A stretch of DNA of 64,000 bases from an uncultured Acidimicrobiaceae bacterium (GTDB lineage: Bacteria; Actinomycetota; Acidimicrobiia; Acidimicrobiales; Bog-793). Below, piece by piece: positions 28,177 through 39,100 of the stretch. The position numbers and the translations under genes are program-made. The stretch covers positions 262,057 through 326,056 of the forward strand of contig CAWGNK010000005.1 of NCBI GenBank assembly GCA_963823945.1, given 5' to 3'. Below the pieces are notes generated by a model. It worked only from the letters and a program-made list of their open reading frames with translations, was not told where the DNA came from and ran no database searches. Each line of letters begins with the position of its first letter. The stretch's first letter is position 1.

Positions 28177-29387
28177 TGGGCGACCCCCTCTTCTCCCACG
28201 GCGTCGGGCTCAGCGTCGTCCTCATCGTGTTGGTGAGGGTTTTCGTCGCCTTCGGCTTCCTGCTCGTCGCCGTGATGCTGATGATCTGGTTCGAGCGCAA
28301 GGTCCTCTCGGACATGCAGAACCGGATCGGGCCGAACCGGACGGGGAAGTTCGGGATCCTGCAGACGCTCGCCGACGGGGCGAAGCTGATGTTCAAAGAG
28401 GACCTGCTGCCCGAGCGGGCAGACCGCGTCGTGTTCCGCCTCGCGCCGTTCCTCTCGGTCGTGCCGGCCTTCCTCATCTTCGCCATCGTGCCGGTCGGCG
28501 GGGTCGTGACGATCGCCCACCACGTCATCGAGCTCCAGGTCGCCGACCCGCCGGTCGGCATCCTTTTCGTGCTGGCGCTGTCTTCGCTCGCCGTCTACGG
28601 CGTGATGCTCGCCGGGTGGTCGTCCGGCTCGAAGTACCCGCTGCTCGGCTCGGTGCGCGCCGCGGCCCAGATGATCTCCTACGAGGCCGCCCTCGGGCTC
28701 ACCGTCGTCACGGTGATCCTCGAGTCGCACGGGTTGTCGACGCGGGCGATCGTCGACAGCCAGGCGCGGTACTTCTGGCATTGGAACGCGCTGCGCCTCT
28801 GGGTCGTGCCGTTCGTGATCTTCTTCATCGCCGGGACGGCCGAGCTCAACCGGCCCCCGTTCGACCTCGCCGAGGGCGACTCCGAGCTCGGTGGCGGGTT
28901 CAACACCGAGTACTCGGCGATGCGGTTCGCGATGTTCTACCTCTCCGAGTACATGAACACGATCACCATGTCGGCGGTCGTCGTGACGCTGTTCTTCGGC
29001 GGACCCGACGGCCCCGGGTTCCACGTCGTGCGCTGGCTCTGGCCGATCCTGTGGTTCCTCGCCAAACTCGTCGTGTTCTTGTACGTCCAGGTCTGGATCC
29101 GTGCCGCCCTCCCGAGGCTGCGCTACGACCAGCTGATGAACCTCGGTTGGAAGTGGCTCATCCCGATCTCGCTCGGCTGGCTCCTCCTCGTCGCCGCCGA
29201 CCAGATCTCGCGGGTCTGGGGCTTCGGCGTCTTCGGCGGGATCATCGTCGCCGGGATCGCGCTCGGCCGCGCCCGCACGACGGCGCGCCGCCGCCGGGAG
29301 CACCTGGCCGCGGGAGCGATGCCGCTCGGCGGCGACGGCGGACCCGCCTCGCTCCAGCTGACCGACACCTCGCCGGCGGGGGGCTGA
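28173..29387 (+). CDS. nuoH: NADH-quinone oxidoreductase subunit H
   Basis: '[18 protein letters not shown]', '[11 protein letters not shown]', '[17 protein letters not shown]'. Confidence 0.95.
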   Translation: MMGDPLFSHGVGLSVVLIVLVRVFVAFGFLLVAVMLMIWFERKVLSDMQNRIGPNRTGKFGILQTLADGAKLMFKEDLLPERADRVVFRLAPFLSVVPAFLIFAIVPVGGVVTIAHHVIELQVADPPVGILFVLALSSLAVYGVMLAGWSSGSKYPLLGSVRAAAQMISYEAALGLTVVTVILESHGLSTRAIVDSQARYFWHWNALRLWVVPFVIFFIAGTAELNRPPFDLAEGDSELGGGFNTEYSAMRFAMFYLSEYMNTITMSAVVVTLFFGGPDGPGFHVVRWLWPILWFLAKLVVFLYVQVWIRAALPRLRYDQLMNLGWKWLIPISLGWLLLVAADQISRVWGFGVFGGIIVAGIALGRARTTARRRREHLAAGAMPLGGDGGPASLQLTDTSPAGG

Positions 29388-29390
29388 GAA

Positions 29391-30083
29391 ATGGGCCTTT
29401 TCGGCGAGACGAACTTCTTCGGCGGGTTCTGGGTGGCGGCGAAGCAGGTCGCGCGGCCGCGCATCACGGTCCAGTACCCGGCCGAGAAGAGGCCGAAGCC
29501 GCCCCGTCTGCACGGCCGTCACGTCCTCAACCGCTACGAGGACGGGACGGAGAAGTGCATCGGCTGCGAGCTGTGCGCCGCGGTCTGCCCGGCCGACTGC
29601 ATCTACGTGCGCGGAGCCGACAACCCGCCCGACGCGCCCGTCTCGCCCGGTGAGCGCTACGGCTACGTCTACGAGATCAACTACCTGCGCTGCATCCACT
29701 GCGACCTGTGCGTCGAGGCGTGCCCGACCGAGGCGATCACCGAGTCCAAGATGTTCGAGTTCTCGTTCACGAGCCGCGCCGACGCGATCTACACGAAGGC
29801 CGAACTCGTCGTGGCCGACGACGGCACGGCGCAGCGGCTGCCCTGGGAGGACTGGCGCCCCGGCGAGGACCGCCACACCTCCGGCTGGATGCGGGCGACG
29901 TCGCCGTCCGGCGCGGCCGCCTACGAGGGCCGCGTGCAGTGGTCGGGCGAGCTCGGCTACGGCGTGCGGGCGCCCGAGGCGGGCCAGCGCGGCGAGCGCG
30001 ACGACGCCGCGACCGGCAACATCTCGATCCGGGAGACGCAGCGCAAGAAGATCCCCCGTCGTTTCGGCGGGAGGAGGAGCTGA
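29391..30083 (+). CDS. nuoI: NADH-quinone oxidoreductase subunit I
   Basis: Two 4Fe-4S motifs, '[12 protein letters not shown]' and '[12 protein letters not shown]'. Confidence 0.95.
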   Translation: MGLFGETNFFGGFWVAAKQVARPRITVQYPAEKRPKPPRLHGRHVLNRYEDGTEKCIGCELCAAVCPADCIYVRGADNPPDAPVSPGERYGYVYEINYLRCIHCDLCVEACPTEAITESKMFEFSFTSRADAIYTKAELVVADDGTAQRLPWEDWRPGEDRHTSGWMRATSPSGAAAYEGRVQWSGELGYGVRAPEAGQRGERDDAATGNISIRETQRKKIPRRFGGRRS

Positions 30084-30700
30084 TGGGGGGGCTCCTCGCC
30101 ACCGTGTCGCTTCCCGACCTCGCGACCTTCCTCGTCGCCGCGGTGATCCTCGTCGGGGGGGCGCTCGGCGTCGTGCTCGGCCGCAACCCGGTCCACGCCG
30201 CGCTCAGCCTCGTGGCGACGCTGCTCGCCGTCGCCGTGCTCTTCGTGGAGGAGGACGCGCAGTTCCTCGCCGCGGTGCAGATCATCGTCTACACGGGCGC
30301 GATCGTCGTGCTGTTCCTGTTCGTCCTCATGCTGCTCGGCGTCGACCGCCGGGAGCGCGCCCTCGTCGAGCAGTTCCGTGGCCAACGCCTCGTCGCGCTC
30401 GGTCTCGGGGCGCTCGTGCTCGCCGAGGTGCTGCTGCTCGGCACCGGTCACTGGACGACCGGCGCCCACGCGACGACCGGCGCCCTTTCCCGCCCGCTGT
30501 CCAACGTCGCCGAGCTCGGCCGGGCGATCTTCACGACGTACCTTCTTCCTTTCGAGATCACCTCGGCGCTGCTCGTCGTGGCGGTCGTCGCCGCGGTCGT
30601 GCTCGCCCGGCGCTTCGACGCGCCCGCCCAAGACGAGCGGCCCCCGGCGGGCGACCCCGGCGACCGACCCGGAGACGAGAGCGAGGTGGCGGGCCGATGA
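30083..30700 (+). CDS. nuoJ: NADH-quinone oxidoreductase subunit J
   Basis: '[23 protein letters not shown]...[23 protein letters not shown]'. Its ATG overlaps the nuoI stop. Confidence 0.9.
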   Translation: MGGLLATVSLPDLATFLVAAVILVGGALGVVLGRNPVHAALSLVATLLAVAVLFVEEDAQFLAAVQIIVYTGAIVVLFLFVLMLLGVDRRERALVEQFRGQRLVALGLGALVLAEVLLLGTGHWTTGAHATTGALSRPLSNVAELGRAIFTTYLLPFEITSALLVVAVVAAVVLARRFDAPAQDERPPAGDPGDRPGDESEVAGR

Positions 30701-31002
30701 CGATCGACGGCTCCTGGTACCTCGCGCTGGCGGCGGTCGTGTTCACGATCGGCGCCGTCGGCGTGCTCGTCCGGCGCAACGTGCTCGTGATGTTCATGTG
30801 CATCGAGCTGATGCTGAACGCGGCGAACCTCACCTTCGTCACGTTCTCCCGCCAGCTCAACGACATCGGTGGCCAGGTGGCCGTGTTCTTCGTGCTCGTC
30901 GTGGCGGCGGCCGAGGTCGTCGTCGGCCTCGGCATCATCGTCGCCATCTACCGGCGCCGGGTCGGTGCGACGGCGGACGACCCCCACGAGCTGAGGGGCT
31001 GA
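30697..31002 (+). CDS. nuoK: NADH-quinone oxidoreductase subunit K
   Basis: '[23 protein letters not shown]...[18 protein letters not shown]'. 101 aa. Confidence 0.93.
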   Translation: MTIDGSWYLALAAVVFTIGAVGVLVRRNVLVMFMCIELMLNAANLTFVTFSRQLNDIGGQVAVFFVLVVAAAEVVVGLGIIVAIYRRRVGATADDPHELRG

Positions 31003-31009
31003 GACGACC

Positions 31010-32896
31010 GTGCTGCATTTCGCCTACCTCATCCCGCTTTTGCCCCTCGCCGGGTTCGCGCTGCTGTGCGTCGCGGGAAGGCGGATCGGCAACCCCGTGG
31101 CGGGCTGGATCGCGACGCTCGCCGTCGCGGCCGCCTTCGCCATGTCGGTCGTCGTCCTCGTCTCGCTCTTCGCCCACGCGCCCGACGGGCGCCTGTTCAC
31201 CCAGCACTGGTTCACGTGGTTCCGGGTCGACCGGCTGACCGTCGACGTCGGGCTGCGGATCGACCCGCTCTCGGTGACGATGGCGCTGTTCGTCACCGGC
31301 GTGAGCGCGCTCATCCACCTCTACTCGATCGGCTACATGGAGCACGACGAGGACTTCGCCAAGTTCTTCTGCTACCTCAACCTCTTCGTCTTCTCGATGC
31401 TCATGCTCGTGCTGTCGAGCAACCTGCTCGTCACCTTCTTCGGCTGGGAAGGCGTCGGCGTCTGCTCGTACCTGCTCATCGCCTTCTGGTTCCGCCGCCC
31501 CTCGGCGGCGAGCGCCGGCAAGAAGGCGATGATCTACAACCGCATCGGCGACGCCGGGTTCCTCGTCGCCCTGTTCCTCATCTTCGAGCGCACGGGGAGC
31601 CTCGACTACCAGACGGTGTTCGCCCGGCTCGGGCGGATCTCGCCGACGGACCTCGTCGCGATCGCGCTGTTGCTGTTCCTCGGTGCCGCCGGCAAGTCGG
31701 CACAGATCCCGCTGTTCCCGTGGCTCGCCGACGCGATGGAGGGCCCGACCCCCGTCTCGGCTCTGATCCACGCCGCGACGATGGTGACGGCGGGCGTCTA
31801 CCTGATGTGCCGGATCAACCCGATCCTGCACGCCGCCCCGGACGCAGCCCACGTCGTGGCGTGGGTCGGCGTCGTGACCGCCCTCGTCGCGGCGACGATC
31901 GGCTGCGCCCAGACCGACATCAAGAAGGTCCTCGCCTACTCGACGGTCTCCCAGCTCGGCTACATGTTCCTCGCCGCCGGGACCGGTGCCTACGTGGCGG
32001 CGATCTTCCTCATGCTCGCCCACGCCTTCTACAAGGCGCTGCTCTTCCTGTCCGCCGGCTCGGTCATCCACGCCATGGACGGGGAGCAGGACCTGAAGAA
32101 GATGGGGGCGCTGCGCGCCTTCATGCCGGTGACGGCGGTCACGTTCTTCGTGGGCTGGCTCTCGATCGCCGGCGTGCCGCCGTTCAGCGGCTTCTGGGCG
32201 AAAAGCGACGTGCTGGAGAACGCCTGGGCCGTCAGCCCCGCGCTCTGGGCGATCGGCGCCGTGACGGCGGTGCTGACCGCCTACTACATGGGCCGGGAGT
32301 TCTTCCTGGTGTTCATGGGCGATCCCCGCTGGCAGGGCGCGCGCCCCGGCGGAGACGCGCCCCGCGACCCGGGCTGGGTGATGGGGGTGCCGCTGGTCGT
32401 GCTGGCGGCGTGCTCGTTTCTCGGGCTGTTCATCGACCTGCCGTTCCACCCGACCTGGACGTTCCTCGAACGCTGGTTGCAACCGGTCGTCGGGGCCTCG
32501 GCTGCCGTCCACCACTACGGCCTCGCCGAGCTGTGGGGCTTCGGTCTCGCCGACGTGGCGTTCGCCGCCCTCGGCATCGCGATGGCGGCGGCGGTGTGGC
32601 GCGCGGCCGTCAACCGGCCGCGCCTCGAGCCGCGCTTTCTGTTCATGGCGTGGTTCATCGACTGGAGCTACGACCGCTTCGTCGCCCGCCCGGGCGCCCT
32701 CGTCTCCTCGTTCGCCTCGTCGGTCGTGGAGGCCCGCGTCATCGACGGGGCCGTCGAAGGGACGGCGCGGCTCGTGCGCCGCGGCGGTGAGCGGTTGCGG
32801 CGCGTGCAGACGGGGTACGTGCGGACCTACGCCGCGGTGATCGTCGGCGGGATCGTCATCCTCGTCGCCTACCTCGTGACGAGGGCCGGGTCATGA
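31010..32896 (+). CDS. nuoL: NADH-quinone oxidoreductase subunit L
   Basis: 628-aa antiporter-like subunit with 'GWEGVGVCSYLLIAFW' and 'GKSAQIPLFPWLADAMEGPTPVSALIHAATMVTAGVY'. Confidence 0.95.
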   Translation: MLHFAYLIPLLPLAGFALLCVAGRRIGNPVAGWIATLAVAAAFAMSVVVLVSLFAHAPDGRLFTQHWFTWFRVDRLTVDVGLRIDPLSVTMALFVTGVSALIHLYSIGYMEHDEDFAKFFCYLNLFVFSMLMLVLSSNLLVTFFGWEGVGVCSYLLIAFWFRRPSAASAGKKAMIYNRIGDAGFLVALFLIFERTGSLDYQTVFARLGRISPTDLVAIALLLFLGAAGKSAQIPLFPWLADAMEGPTPVSALIHAATMVTAGVYLMCRINPILHAAPDAAHVVAWVGVVTALVAATIGCAQTDIKKVLAYSTVSQLGYMFLAAGTGAYVAAIFLMLAHAFYKALLFLSAGSVIHAMDGEQDLKKMGALRAFMPVTAVTFFVGWLSIAGVPPFSGFWAKSDVLENAWAVSPALWAIGAVTAVLTAYYMGREFFLVFMGDPRWQGARPGGDAPRDPGWVMGVPLVVLAACSFLGLFIDLPFHPTWTFLERWLQPVVGASAAVHHYGLAELWGFGLADVAFAALGIAMAAAVWRAAVNRPRLEPRFLFMAWFIDWSYDRFVARPGALVSSFASSVVEARVIDGAVEGTARLVRRGGERLRRVQTGYVRTYAAVIVGGIVILVAYLVTRAGS

Positions 32897-34476
32897 GCTT
32901 CCACGTCCTCGCCGCCGGTTTCGCCGGCCAGCACGCCTTCCCGTTCCTCACGGCGCTCGTCCTCACGCCTCTCGGCGCGGCGGTCGTCGCCATCGTGCTC
33001 CCGCGGCGGGCGGTCTGGGCGATCCGCGCCGTCGGCCTGGCGGGGGCGCTCGGCGTGCTGGGGATCGCGGCGGCGGTCCTCGACGAGTTCCGGGCGGGAT
33101 TCGGCGGCTACCAGATGGTCACGGTGCACCCCTGGGTCGGTTCGCTCGGCATCTCGTGGAGCCTCGGCGTCGACGGGATCTCGCTGTTCTTGATCCTGCT
33201 CTCGGCGCTGCTCTTTGCCCTCGCGCTGGTGGGCGCGGGGGAGCGCACGAACGTGAAGTCGTTCACCGTCTGGATCCTGCTCCTCGAGACGGCGTGCCTC
33301 GGGAGCTTCTGCTCGCTCGACCTGCTGCTGTTCTTCCTGTTCTTCGAGACGACCCTCGTACCCGTCTACTTCATCATCGTCGGCTGGGGCCACGAGAAGC
33401 GGAACCACGCCGCGATGAAGTTCTTCATCTACACCTTCACCGGCTCGGCGCTGATGCTCGTCGGCATCCTGGCGCTCGTCTCGATCCACGCCGGCCAGAC
33501 GGGCGTGACGACGTTCGACATCCGCCAGCTCGCCGCGACCCATCTCTCCGGCACGGCGGGGGTGCTGTTGCTGCTCGCCTTCACCGCGGCCTTCGCCGTG
33601 AAAGCGCCCATCTTCCCGTTCCACACCTGGTCGCCGGAGGCCTACCGCGAGGCACCGGTCGCCGGCTCGGTGTTGCTGGCGGGCGTCACCGCCAAGCTCG
33701 GCACCTACGGCATCGTCCGGTTCGATCTCGGACTCTTCCCGCACGCGACGGTCGTGCTGGCCCCGGTGTTCCTGACGCTCGGCGTCGCCGGCATCGTCTA
33801 CGGGGCGATCGTCGCCGCCGTGCAAAAGGACCTGAAGCGGCTCGTCGCCTACTCGTCGCTCGCGCACATCGGCTTCATCGTCATCGGCGCCTTCGCGCTC
33901 ACCGGCGAGGCGCTCTCCGGCGCGGTGCTGCAGATGGTGAACCACGGCCTCATCACGGCGGCGCTCTTCCTCCTCGTGGCGATGATCTACCGGCGGCGCC
34001 AGACGATGAGCGTCACGCACCTCGGGGGCCTGCAGCGGCGCGCGCCGGTGATGGCGGCGACGTTCACGCTGGTCGTGCTGGCGTCGATCGGCGTGCCGGG
34101 GCTCAACGGCTTCGTGGGCGAGTTCCTCATCCTCGCCGGCACCTTCCTCACCCACCGCTGGTGGGCCGTCGTCGCCGTCGCCGGGGTGGTGCTCGCTGCC
34201 GTCTACCTGCTCTGGGCCTACCAGCAGATCTTCCACGGCCCGGAACGGGAGTCCGAGCGCGACAAGCCCTTCCGTGACCTCACCTGGCGGGAGGGCGCCG
34301 TGCTGGCGCCGCTCATCGTGCTCATCGTGGCGATGGGCGTCTACCCGAGGCCGGTGCTCGACCGGATCACGCCGTCGGTCGACCGGCTCATCACCCACGT
34401 CGAGCAGGTCGCCCACCCGAACATCCCCCGGGTCGGCCAGCCCGGGCCGGCGACGCAGGACGAGGTCGCCAAGTGA
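32893..34476 (+). CDS. nuoM: NADH-quinone oxidoreductase subunit M
   Basis: 'FFETTLVPVYFIIVGWG', 'KAPIFPFHTWSPEAYREAP', 'LKRLVAYSSLAHIGF'. Confidence 0.95.
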   Translation: MSFHVLAAGFAGQHAFPFLTALVLTPLGAAVVAIVLPRRAVWAIRAVGLAGALGVLGIAAAVLDEFRAGFGGYQMVTVHPWVGSLGISWSLGVDGISLFLILLSALLFALALVGAGERTNVKSFTVWILLLETACLGSFCSLDLLLFFLFFETTLVPVYFIIVGWGHEKRNHAAMKFFIYTFTGSALMLVGILALVSIHAGQTGVTTFDIRQLAATHLSGTAGVLLLLAFTAAFAVKAPIFPFHTWSPEAYREAPVAGSVLLAGVTAKLGTYGIVRFDLGLFPHATVVLAPVFLTLGVAGIVYGAIVAAVQKDLKRLVAYSSLAHIGFIVIGAFALTGEALSGAVLQMVNHGLITAALFLLVAMIYRRRQTMSVTHLGGLQRRAPVMAATFTLVVLASIGVPGLNGFVGEFLILAGTFLTHRWWAVVAVAGVVLAAVYLLWAYQQIFHGPERESERDKPFRDLTWREGAVLAPLIVLIVAMGVYPRPVLDRITPSVDRLITHVEQVAHPNIPRVGQPGPATQDEVAK

Positions 34477-36038
34477 CGCCTCTCACCGCGGTGCTGGCCT
34501 CGGCGGGGCTCGTGATCCCGCACATCGACTACACCGCGCTGGCGCCGGAGCTGATCCTGCTCGGCGGGGTGCTCGTGCTGATCGGGGTCTCGGCGATGAC
34601 GCCGCGGCGCGCCCCGACGGGTGTCTACGCCACGATGACCGTGGCGATCGCCGTGGCCGCCCTCGTCGCGTCGCTCCGGTTGTGGCGGGACGTGGCGAAC
34701 CACGGCGCCTTCACGACCGTCGCCCACTCGGTCGACGTCGACGGCTTCGCCGTCTACTTCCTCGTGCTCGTGCCGTGCATCCTCGTCGTGGCGGCGATCA
34801 TCGGCTCGGGATACCTGCGGCGTGAGGGGATCGCCGGCTGCGAGTACTACGCCCTCGCCCTCATCTCCGGGTCGGGGGCGATGCTGATGGCCTCGGCGAA
34901 CGACCTGATCTTCATCTTCCTGGCCCTCGAGGTGCTGTCGATCCCGCTCTACGTGCTGGCGGGGTTCGACCGCCGCCGGACCACCTCCCAGGAGGCGGCG
35001 ATCAAGTACTTCGTGCTGGGGGCGTTCTCCTCGGCGGTCTTCGTCTACGGCATCGCCCTCGTCTACGGGGCGACGGGGTCGACGAACCTGGCGGAGATCG
35101 GCGCCTTCCTCGCCCACAACGTCATCACCGCCAACGGGGTGCTGCTCGCCGGGATCGCCCTGCTGATCGTCGGCTTCTCGTTCAAGGTCGCGGCGGTGCC
35201 GTTCCACATGTGGACCCCCGACGTCTACAAGGGCGCGCCGACCCCGGTGACGGGGTTCATGGCGGCGCTCGCCAAGGCCGGCGGGTTCGCGGCCTTCCTG
35301 CGGGTCTTCGTCTCGACGTTCCCGACGCTGCGCGGCGACTGGCAGCCGGTCATCTGGGCGCTCGCCGCCGTCACGCTGTTGGGCGGCGCGATCGTCGCCC
35401 TCGCCCAGCGCGACGTGAAGCGCATGCTCGCCTACTCCTCGATCAACCACGCCGGGTTCGTCCTCATCGGGCTGCAGGCGGCGACGACGAAGGGCGTGGC
35501 GGCGAGCGCCTACTACGTGTTCGCCTACGCCTTCATGGTGCTCGGCAGCTTCGCCGTCGTCGGCGTCGTGGGGGCGAAGGGCGACAGGCAACACGACCTC
35601 GAGGCCTACCGGGGGCTCGCGGCCCGCAACCCGGTGCTGGCGACCGTGTTCACGGTGCTGCTGCTCGCCCAGGCGGGGGTGCCCTTCACGACGGGGTTCT
35701 TCGCCAAGTTCTACGTCGTCGCGGCGTCGGTCGGCGCCCACAGCTATGCGCTCGCCGTCATCGCGATGGGCTCGGCCGCGATCGCGGTCTTCTTCTACCT
35801 GCGCGTCGTGCTGCTGATGTACTCGGCCCAGCCCGCCGATCCGGGCGACGAGGCGGCCGCGACGAGCGGCGGGGCCGGGGGAGTCGCGACCCTGGTGCAC
35901 ACCCCGGTAGCGCGACTGGTCGTCCAGCCCTCGGTCGCACTGGGGCTGGCCGTGAGCGTCGGCGTGACCGTCGTCTTCGGGGTCTGGCCCCAGCCGCTCA
36001 TCGACTTCGCGCGGGCCGCGACGCTCATCTTCCACTAG
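34473..36038 (+). CDS. nuoN: NADH-quinone oxidoreductase subunit N
   Basis: 'FLALEVLSIPLYVLAG', 'KVAAVPFHMWTPDVYKGAPTPVTGFM', 'VKRMLAYSSINHAGF'. Last gene of the operon. Confidence 0.95.
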   Translation: MTPLTAVLASAGLVIPHIDYTALAPELILLGGVLVLIGVSAMTPRRAPTGVYATMTVAIAVAALVASLRLWRDVANHGAFTTVAHSVDVDGFAVYFLVLVPCILVVAAIIGSGYLRREGIAGCEYYALALISGSGAMLMASANDLIFIFLALEVLSIPLYVLAGFDRRRTTSQEAAIKYFVLGAFSSAVFVYGIALVYGATGSTNLAEIGAFLAHNVITANGVLLAGIALLIVGFSFKVAAVPFHMWTPDVYKGAPTPVTGFMAALAKAGGFAAFLRVFVSTFPTLRGDWQPVIWALAAVTLLGGAIVALAQRDVKRMLAYSSINHAGFVLIGLQAATTKGVAASAYYVFAYAFMVLGSFAVVGVVGAKGDRQHDLEAYRGLAARNPVLATVFTVLLLAQAGVPFTTGFFAKFYVVAASVGAHSYALAVIAMGSAAIAVFFYLRVVLLMYSAQPADPGDEAAATSGGAGGVATLVHTPVARLVVQPSVALGLAVSVGVTVVFGVWPQPLIDFARAATLIFH

Positions 36039-36088
36039 AAGGCGGGTTCCGGCCCCGGTCCCCTGATCGCCCGGGGCCGCGGGCGGGA

Positions 36089-36577
36089 TCAGTCGCGGAA
36101 GTTGCCGAACTGGATCGGGATGCCGAGGTCCTCCGCTTTCAGCTTCGCGATCACCGCCTGGAGGTCGTCGCGTTTCTTGCCGAAGACGCGCACCTGGTCC
36201 CCCTGGGACTGCGAGGTGACGCCGCGCAGGTTGAGCTCCTTCACGATCTTGTTGATGCGACGGGCGTGGTCGGCCGAGATCCCGGCCTGGAGGGCGACGT
36301 GCTGGCGGACGGTGCCCTTGGCGGCCTCCTCGACCTTGCCGTAGGAGAGGGCCTTCAGCGACACCTGGCGGCGCACCAGCTTCTCCTCGAGGACCTGGGT
36401 GAGCGCGCGCAGGCGGTCGTCGGTGGGCGCGTTCAGCTCGATCTCGTGCGGCCCGAGCTCGAGCGACGAGCCGGTGTTCTTGAAGTCGAACCGGGTCGCG
36501 ACCTCGCGCGAGGCCTGGTCGACCGCGTTGCGCACTTCTTGGAAGTCGATCTCGGAGGTGACGTCGAAGCTCGGCAT
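36089..36577 (-). CDS. yajQ: YajQ family (UPF0234) nucleotide / cyclic-di-GMP-binding protein
   Basis: 'MPSFDVTSEIDFQEVRNAVDQASREVATRFDFKNT' is the YajQ N-terminal signature. 162 aa from ATG 36577. Confidence 0.9.
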   Translation of the reverse strand: MPSFDVTSEIDFQEVRNAVDQASREVATRFDFKNTGSSLELGPHEIELNAPTDDRLRALTQVLEEKLVRRQVSLKALSYGKVEEAAKGTVRQHVALQAGISADHARRINKIVKELNLRGVTSQSQGDQVRVFGKKRDDLQAVIAKLKAEDLGIPIQFGNFRD

Positions 36578-36661
36578 GCCCACCACGCTACCGGTGGGGC
36601 CCGCCGCGCTCCGGCCGGCTCACCTCGGCTCCGCCGGCATCGGATATCCTCGTCGTCTCGC

Positions 36662-36743
36662 GGGTCGGTACCCAAGCGGACAACGGGAGCAGACTGTAAA
36701 TCTGCTGGCAATGCCTACGTAGGTTCAAATCCTACCCGGCCCA
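36662..36743 (+). tRNA. tRNA-Tyr (anticodon GTA), class II with long variable arm
   Basis: Hand-folded. Acceptor GGGTCGG/CCGGCCC (one G-U pair), anticodon stem GCAGA/TCTGC with loop CTGTAAA, variable arm TGGCAATGCCTAC, T-arm GTAGG-TTCAAAT-CCTAC. No CCA is encoded. Confidence 0.88.
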
Positions 36744-36912
36744 CTTTTCCAACCTATTGGCCGGCTTCACAGCGCCGGTCGTGTTGCCCTTCGCATCACG
36801 CAGTGGCGCGCGGCGCAGCGCCGGCGGGCGGGTCGCCATCTTGCCGGGGACGGAGAGCCGGCGGGACCTTCTTCTCTTGTCGGGCGGGCCGCGTTGGACG
36901 AACCTGGTCGCG

Positions 36913-38532
36913 ATGGCACCCCCCTCGACCGGCCTCGCCCCGGGTGCGACCCTGACGGCGCCCGAGCTCGCCCGGTCCGCCCGGCCACAGCACCGCGGCG
37001 TCATCCTCGCGGTGCTCTGCGTCAGCCTGCTTGTCGTCAGCCTTGACAGCACGATCCTCAACGTCGCGCTGCCGACGATCGTGCGGGCGATGCACGCCAC
37101 CTCGAGCCAGCTGCAGTGGATGGTGGACGCCTACGTCGTCGTCTTCGCCGGGCTGCTGCTCGTGCTCGGCAGCCTCGGCGACCGCGTCGGGCGCAAGTGG
37201 GTCTTCATGGGGGGCCTCGTGCTGTTCGCCGCCGGGTCGGCCGCCTCCGCGATGGCGACGTCACCGGACGGGCTCATCGCGGCCCGCGCCTTCATGGGGA
37301 TCGGTGGCGCGGCGATCATGCCGTCGACGCTGTCGATCCTCGCCAGCGTCTTCACCGCCGACGACGAGCGACTGCAGGCGATCGGCATCTGGTCGGGAAC
37401 AACCGGCATCGGCGTCGCCATCGGGCCCGTCGCGGGCGGCTGGTTGCTCGCCCACTACTGGTGGGGATCGGTCTTCCTCGTCAACGTGCCGATCGCGCTC
37501 GTCGGGTTCTGCGCCGCGGCCTGGTTCGTGCCGAACTCGCGCAGCCCGGAGAGCAAGCGCCCCGACGTCGTCGGCGCGGCGCTCTCGATCGTGGGCATGG
37601 GGCTCCTGCTCTGGGGGATCATCGAGGCGCCGAGCCGCTCGTGGAGCTCGCCCGCGATCATCGGGGCGATCGTCGCCGCGGCGGTCGTCCTCGCCGGGTT
37701 CGGCTGGTGGGAGCGGCACTCGACGCACCCGATGCTCGAGCTGTCGTTCTTCCGCTCGCGGCGTTTCTCGGCGGCGATCGCGGCGATGGGCCTCGTGATC
37801 TTCGCCCTCATGGGGGCGCTCTTCCTGCTCACCCAGTACCTGCAGTTCGAGCTCGGCTACAGCCCGTTGCAGACGGGCCTAAGGCTCGCGCCCATCGCGG
37901 CGGTGCTGCTGGTCGCGGCACCGGTCTCGACCCTCGCCGTCCGCTACGTGGGCACGAAGCCCATCGTGTTCGGGGGCCTCGCCTGCATCGCCGCCGGTTT
38001 CGTATTGCTGTCGCGGATCACCGTGCACGGCAGCTACCTCGAGGCGCTGCCGGCGCTCTTCGTCATCGGCACCGGGGTCGGCCTCGCGCTCGCGCCGTGC
38101 ACGGAGTCGGTGATGGGCTCGCTGCCGCTCGCCGAGCTCGGCGTCGGCTCGGCCACGAACTCGACCGTGCTGCAGCTCGGGGGGGCGCTCGGGGTCGGCG
38201 TGCTGGGGAGCCTGCTCAACACCCGCTACGCCGACCGGCTGACCCCCGTGCTCTCGGCCGCCAAGTTCAAGGTGCCGCTGCCGATCCTCCACGACATCAC
38301 GGGGTCGCTCGGGGGTGCCCTCGCCGTCGCCCAGCGGGCCGGGGTGTACGGCGCCGTGCTCGCCAGGCTCGCCAGGGCCGCCTTCGTGAGCGGCATGGAC
38401 CTCGCCCTGCTCGTCGGGGCGATCGTCGTCGCCGGGGCGGCCTTCCTCGTCCTCGTCGTGCTGCCGACGAGGGGTGCGGCCGCGGCGGGCGGTGCCTCCG
38501 CCGAGCCCCCCGCGCCGGACGCCGCCCGATAG
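36913..38532 (+). CDS. MFS transporter, DHA2 (EmrB/QacA-like, 14-TM) family
   Basis: 'LCVSLLVVSLDSTILNVALPTI', 'WMVDAYVVVFAGLLLVLGSLGDRVGRK'. About 14 hydrophobic segments. Start taken at ATG 36913. Confidence 0.85.
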   Translation: MAPPSTGLAPGATLTAPELARSARPQHRGVILAVLCVSLLVVSLDSTILNVALPTIVRAMHATSSQLQWMVDAYVVVFAGLLLVLGSLGDRVGRKWVFMGGLVLFAAGSAASAMATSPDGLIAARAFMGIGGAAIMPSTLSILASVFTADDERLQAIGIWSGTTGIGVAIGPVAGGWLLAHYWWGSVFLVNVPIALVGFCAAAWFVPNSRSPESKRPDVVGAALSIVGMGLLLWGIIEAPSRSWSSPAIIGAIVAAAVVLAGFGWWERHSTHPMLELSFFRSRRFSAAIAAMGLVIFALMGALFLLTQYLQFELGYSPLQTGLRLAPIAAVLLVAAPVSTLAVRYVGTKPIVFGGLACIAAGFVLLSRITVHGSYLEALPALFVIGTGVGLALAPCTESVMGSLPLAELGVGSATNSTVLQLGGALGVGVLGSLLNTRYADRLTPVLSAAKFKVPLPILHDITGSLGGALAVAQRAGVYGAVLARLARAAFVSGMDLALLVGAIVVAGAAFLVLVVLPTRGAAAAGGASAEPPAPDAAR

Positions 38533-38635
38533 CCCTCGGCGCGGTCGCCGCAACCCGCGCCCGGAATGCAACTTTCACGTCCGGGGTTGTACCCCGGGGC
38601 GGCGCGGGCCTAGCGTCACCCGGGAGGTGGTTCGC

Positions 38636-38866
38636 TTGGAGAATGACCGGCTGCTCGCCGAGGCAGTTCGCGCGTGGGTCACCGAGGAGCGGCCGGGCGA
38701 TGGCGCCGCGGCCATCCGGGCCGCCGCCGTGGCGCAGAACTCCTATACGAACGGCGCCTCGGTGTCAGAGGCGTGCCACCAGGCCTACGTCTTCGTCAAC
38801 AGCTGGACCCGGCACCCGGCGCACAAGCCGCCCCGGGGTCGCCGGACGGTCCCGCCCCGCTTCTAG
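38636..38866 (+). CDS. hypothetical protein (76 aa)
   Basis: TTG start 8 nt after GGGAGG. GC3 is mostly high. No family recognised (LENDRLLAEAVRAWVTEERPGDG...). Confidence 0.3.
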   Translation: MENDRLLAEAVRAWVTEERPGDGAAAIRAAAVAQNSYTNGASVSEACHQAYVFVNSWTRHPAHKPPRGRRTVPPRF

Positions 38867-39064
38867 GCCCACCCGCGAGGACGCGGTCGACAAGTTGACC
38901 TGAACGCACCTCCCGGAACGTCGCCCCGTCGGATTCCGGACCTCGCCTTCACCGTTCCTCCCGATCGGCGACGTGGTGTCCGCCGCGGCGAGGTGTGGCG
39001 TTGTTCCGTTGCGGGCGCCGGCGGTCTGGGCCTCCCGGTGTGGGATCCGCAGTGTCAGTTTAGG

Positions 39065-39093
39065 TTGACAACACCACGGTGTCAGTCTAAACT
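39065..39093 (+). promoter_or_regulatory. sigma70-like promoter (-35 TTGACA, 17-nt spacer, -10 TAAACT) for the HTH/Clp_N pair; implies a leaderless or near-leaderless mRNA
   Basis: TTGACA at 39065-39070 and TAAACT at 39088-39093. The ATG at 39101 lies 7-8 nt after the -10 box. The promoter is overlapped by palindromes (see findings). Confidence 0.45.
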
Positions 39094-39100
39094 GACAGGC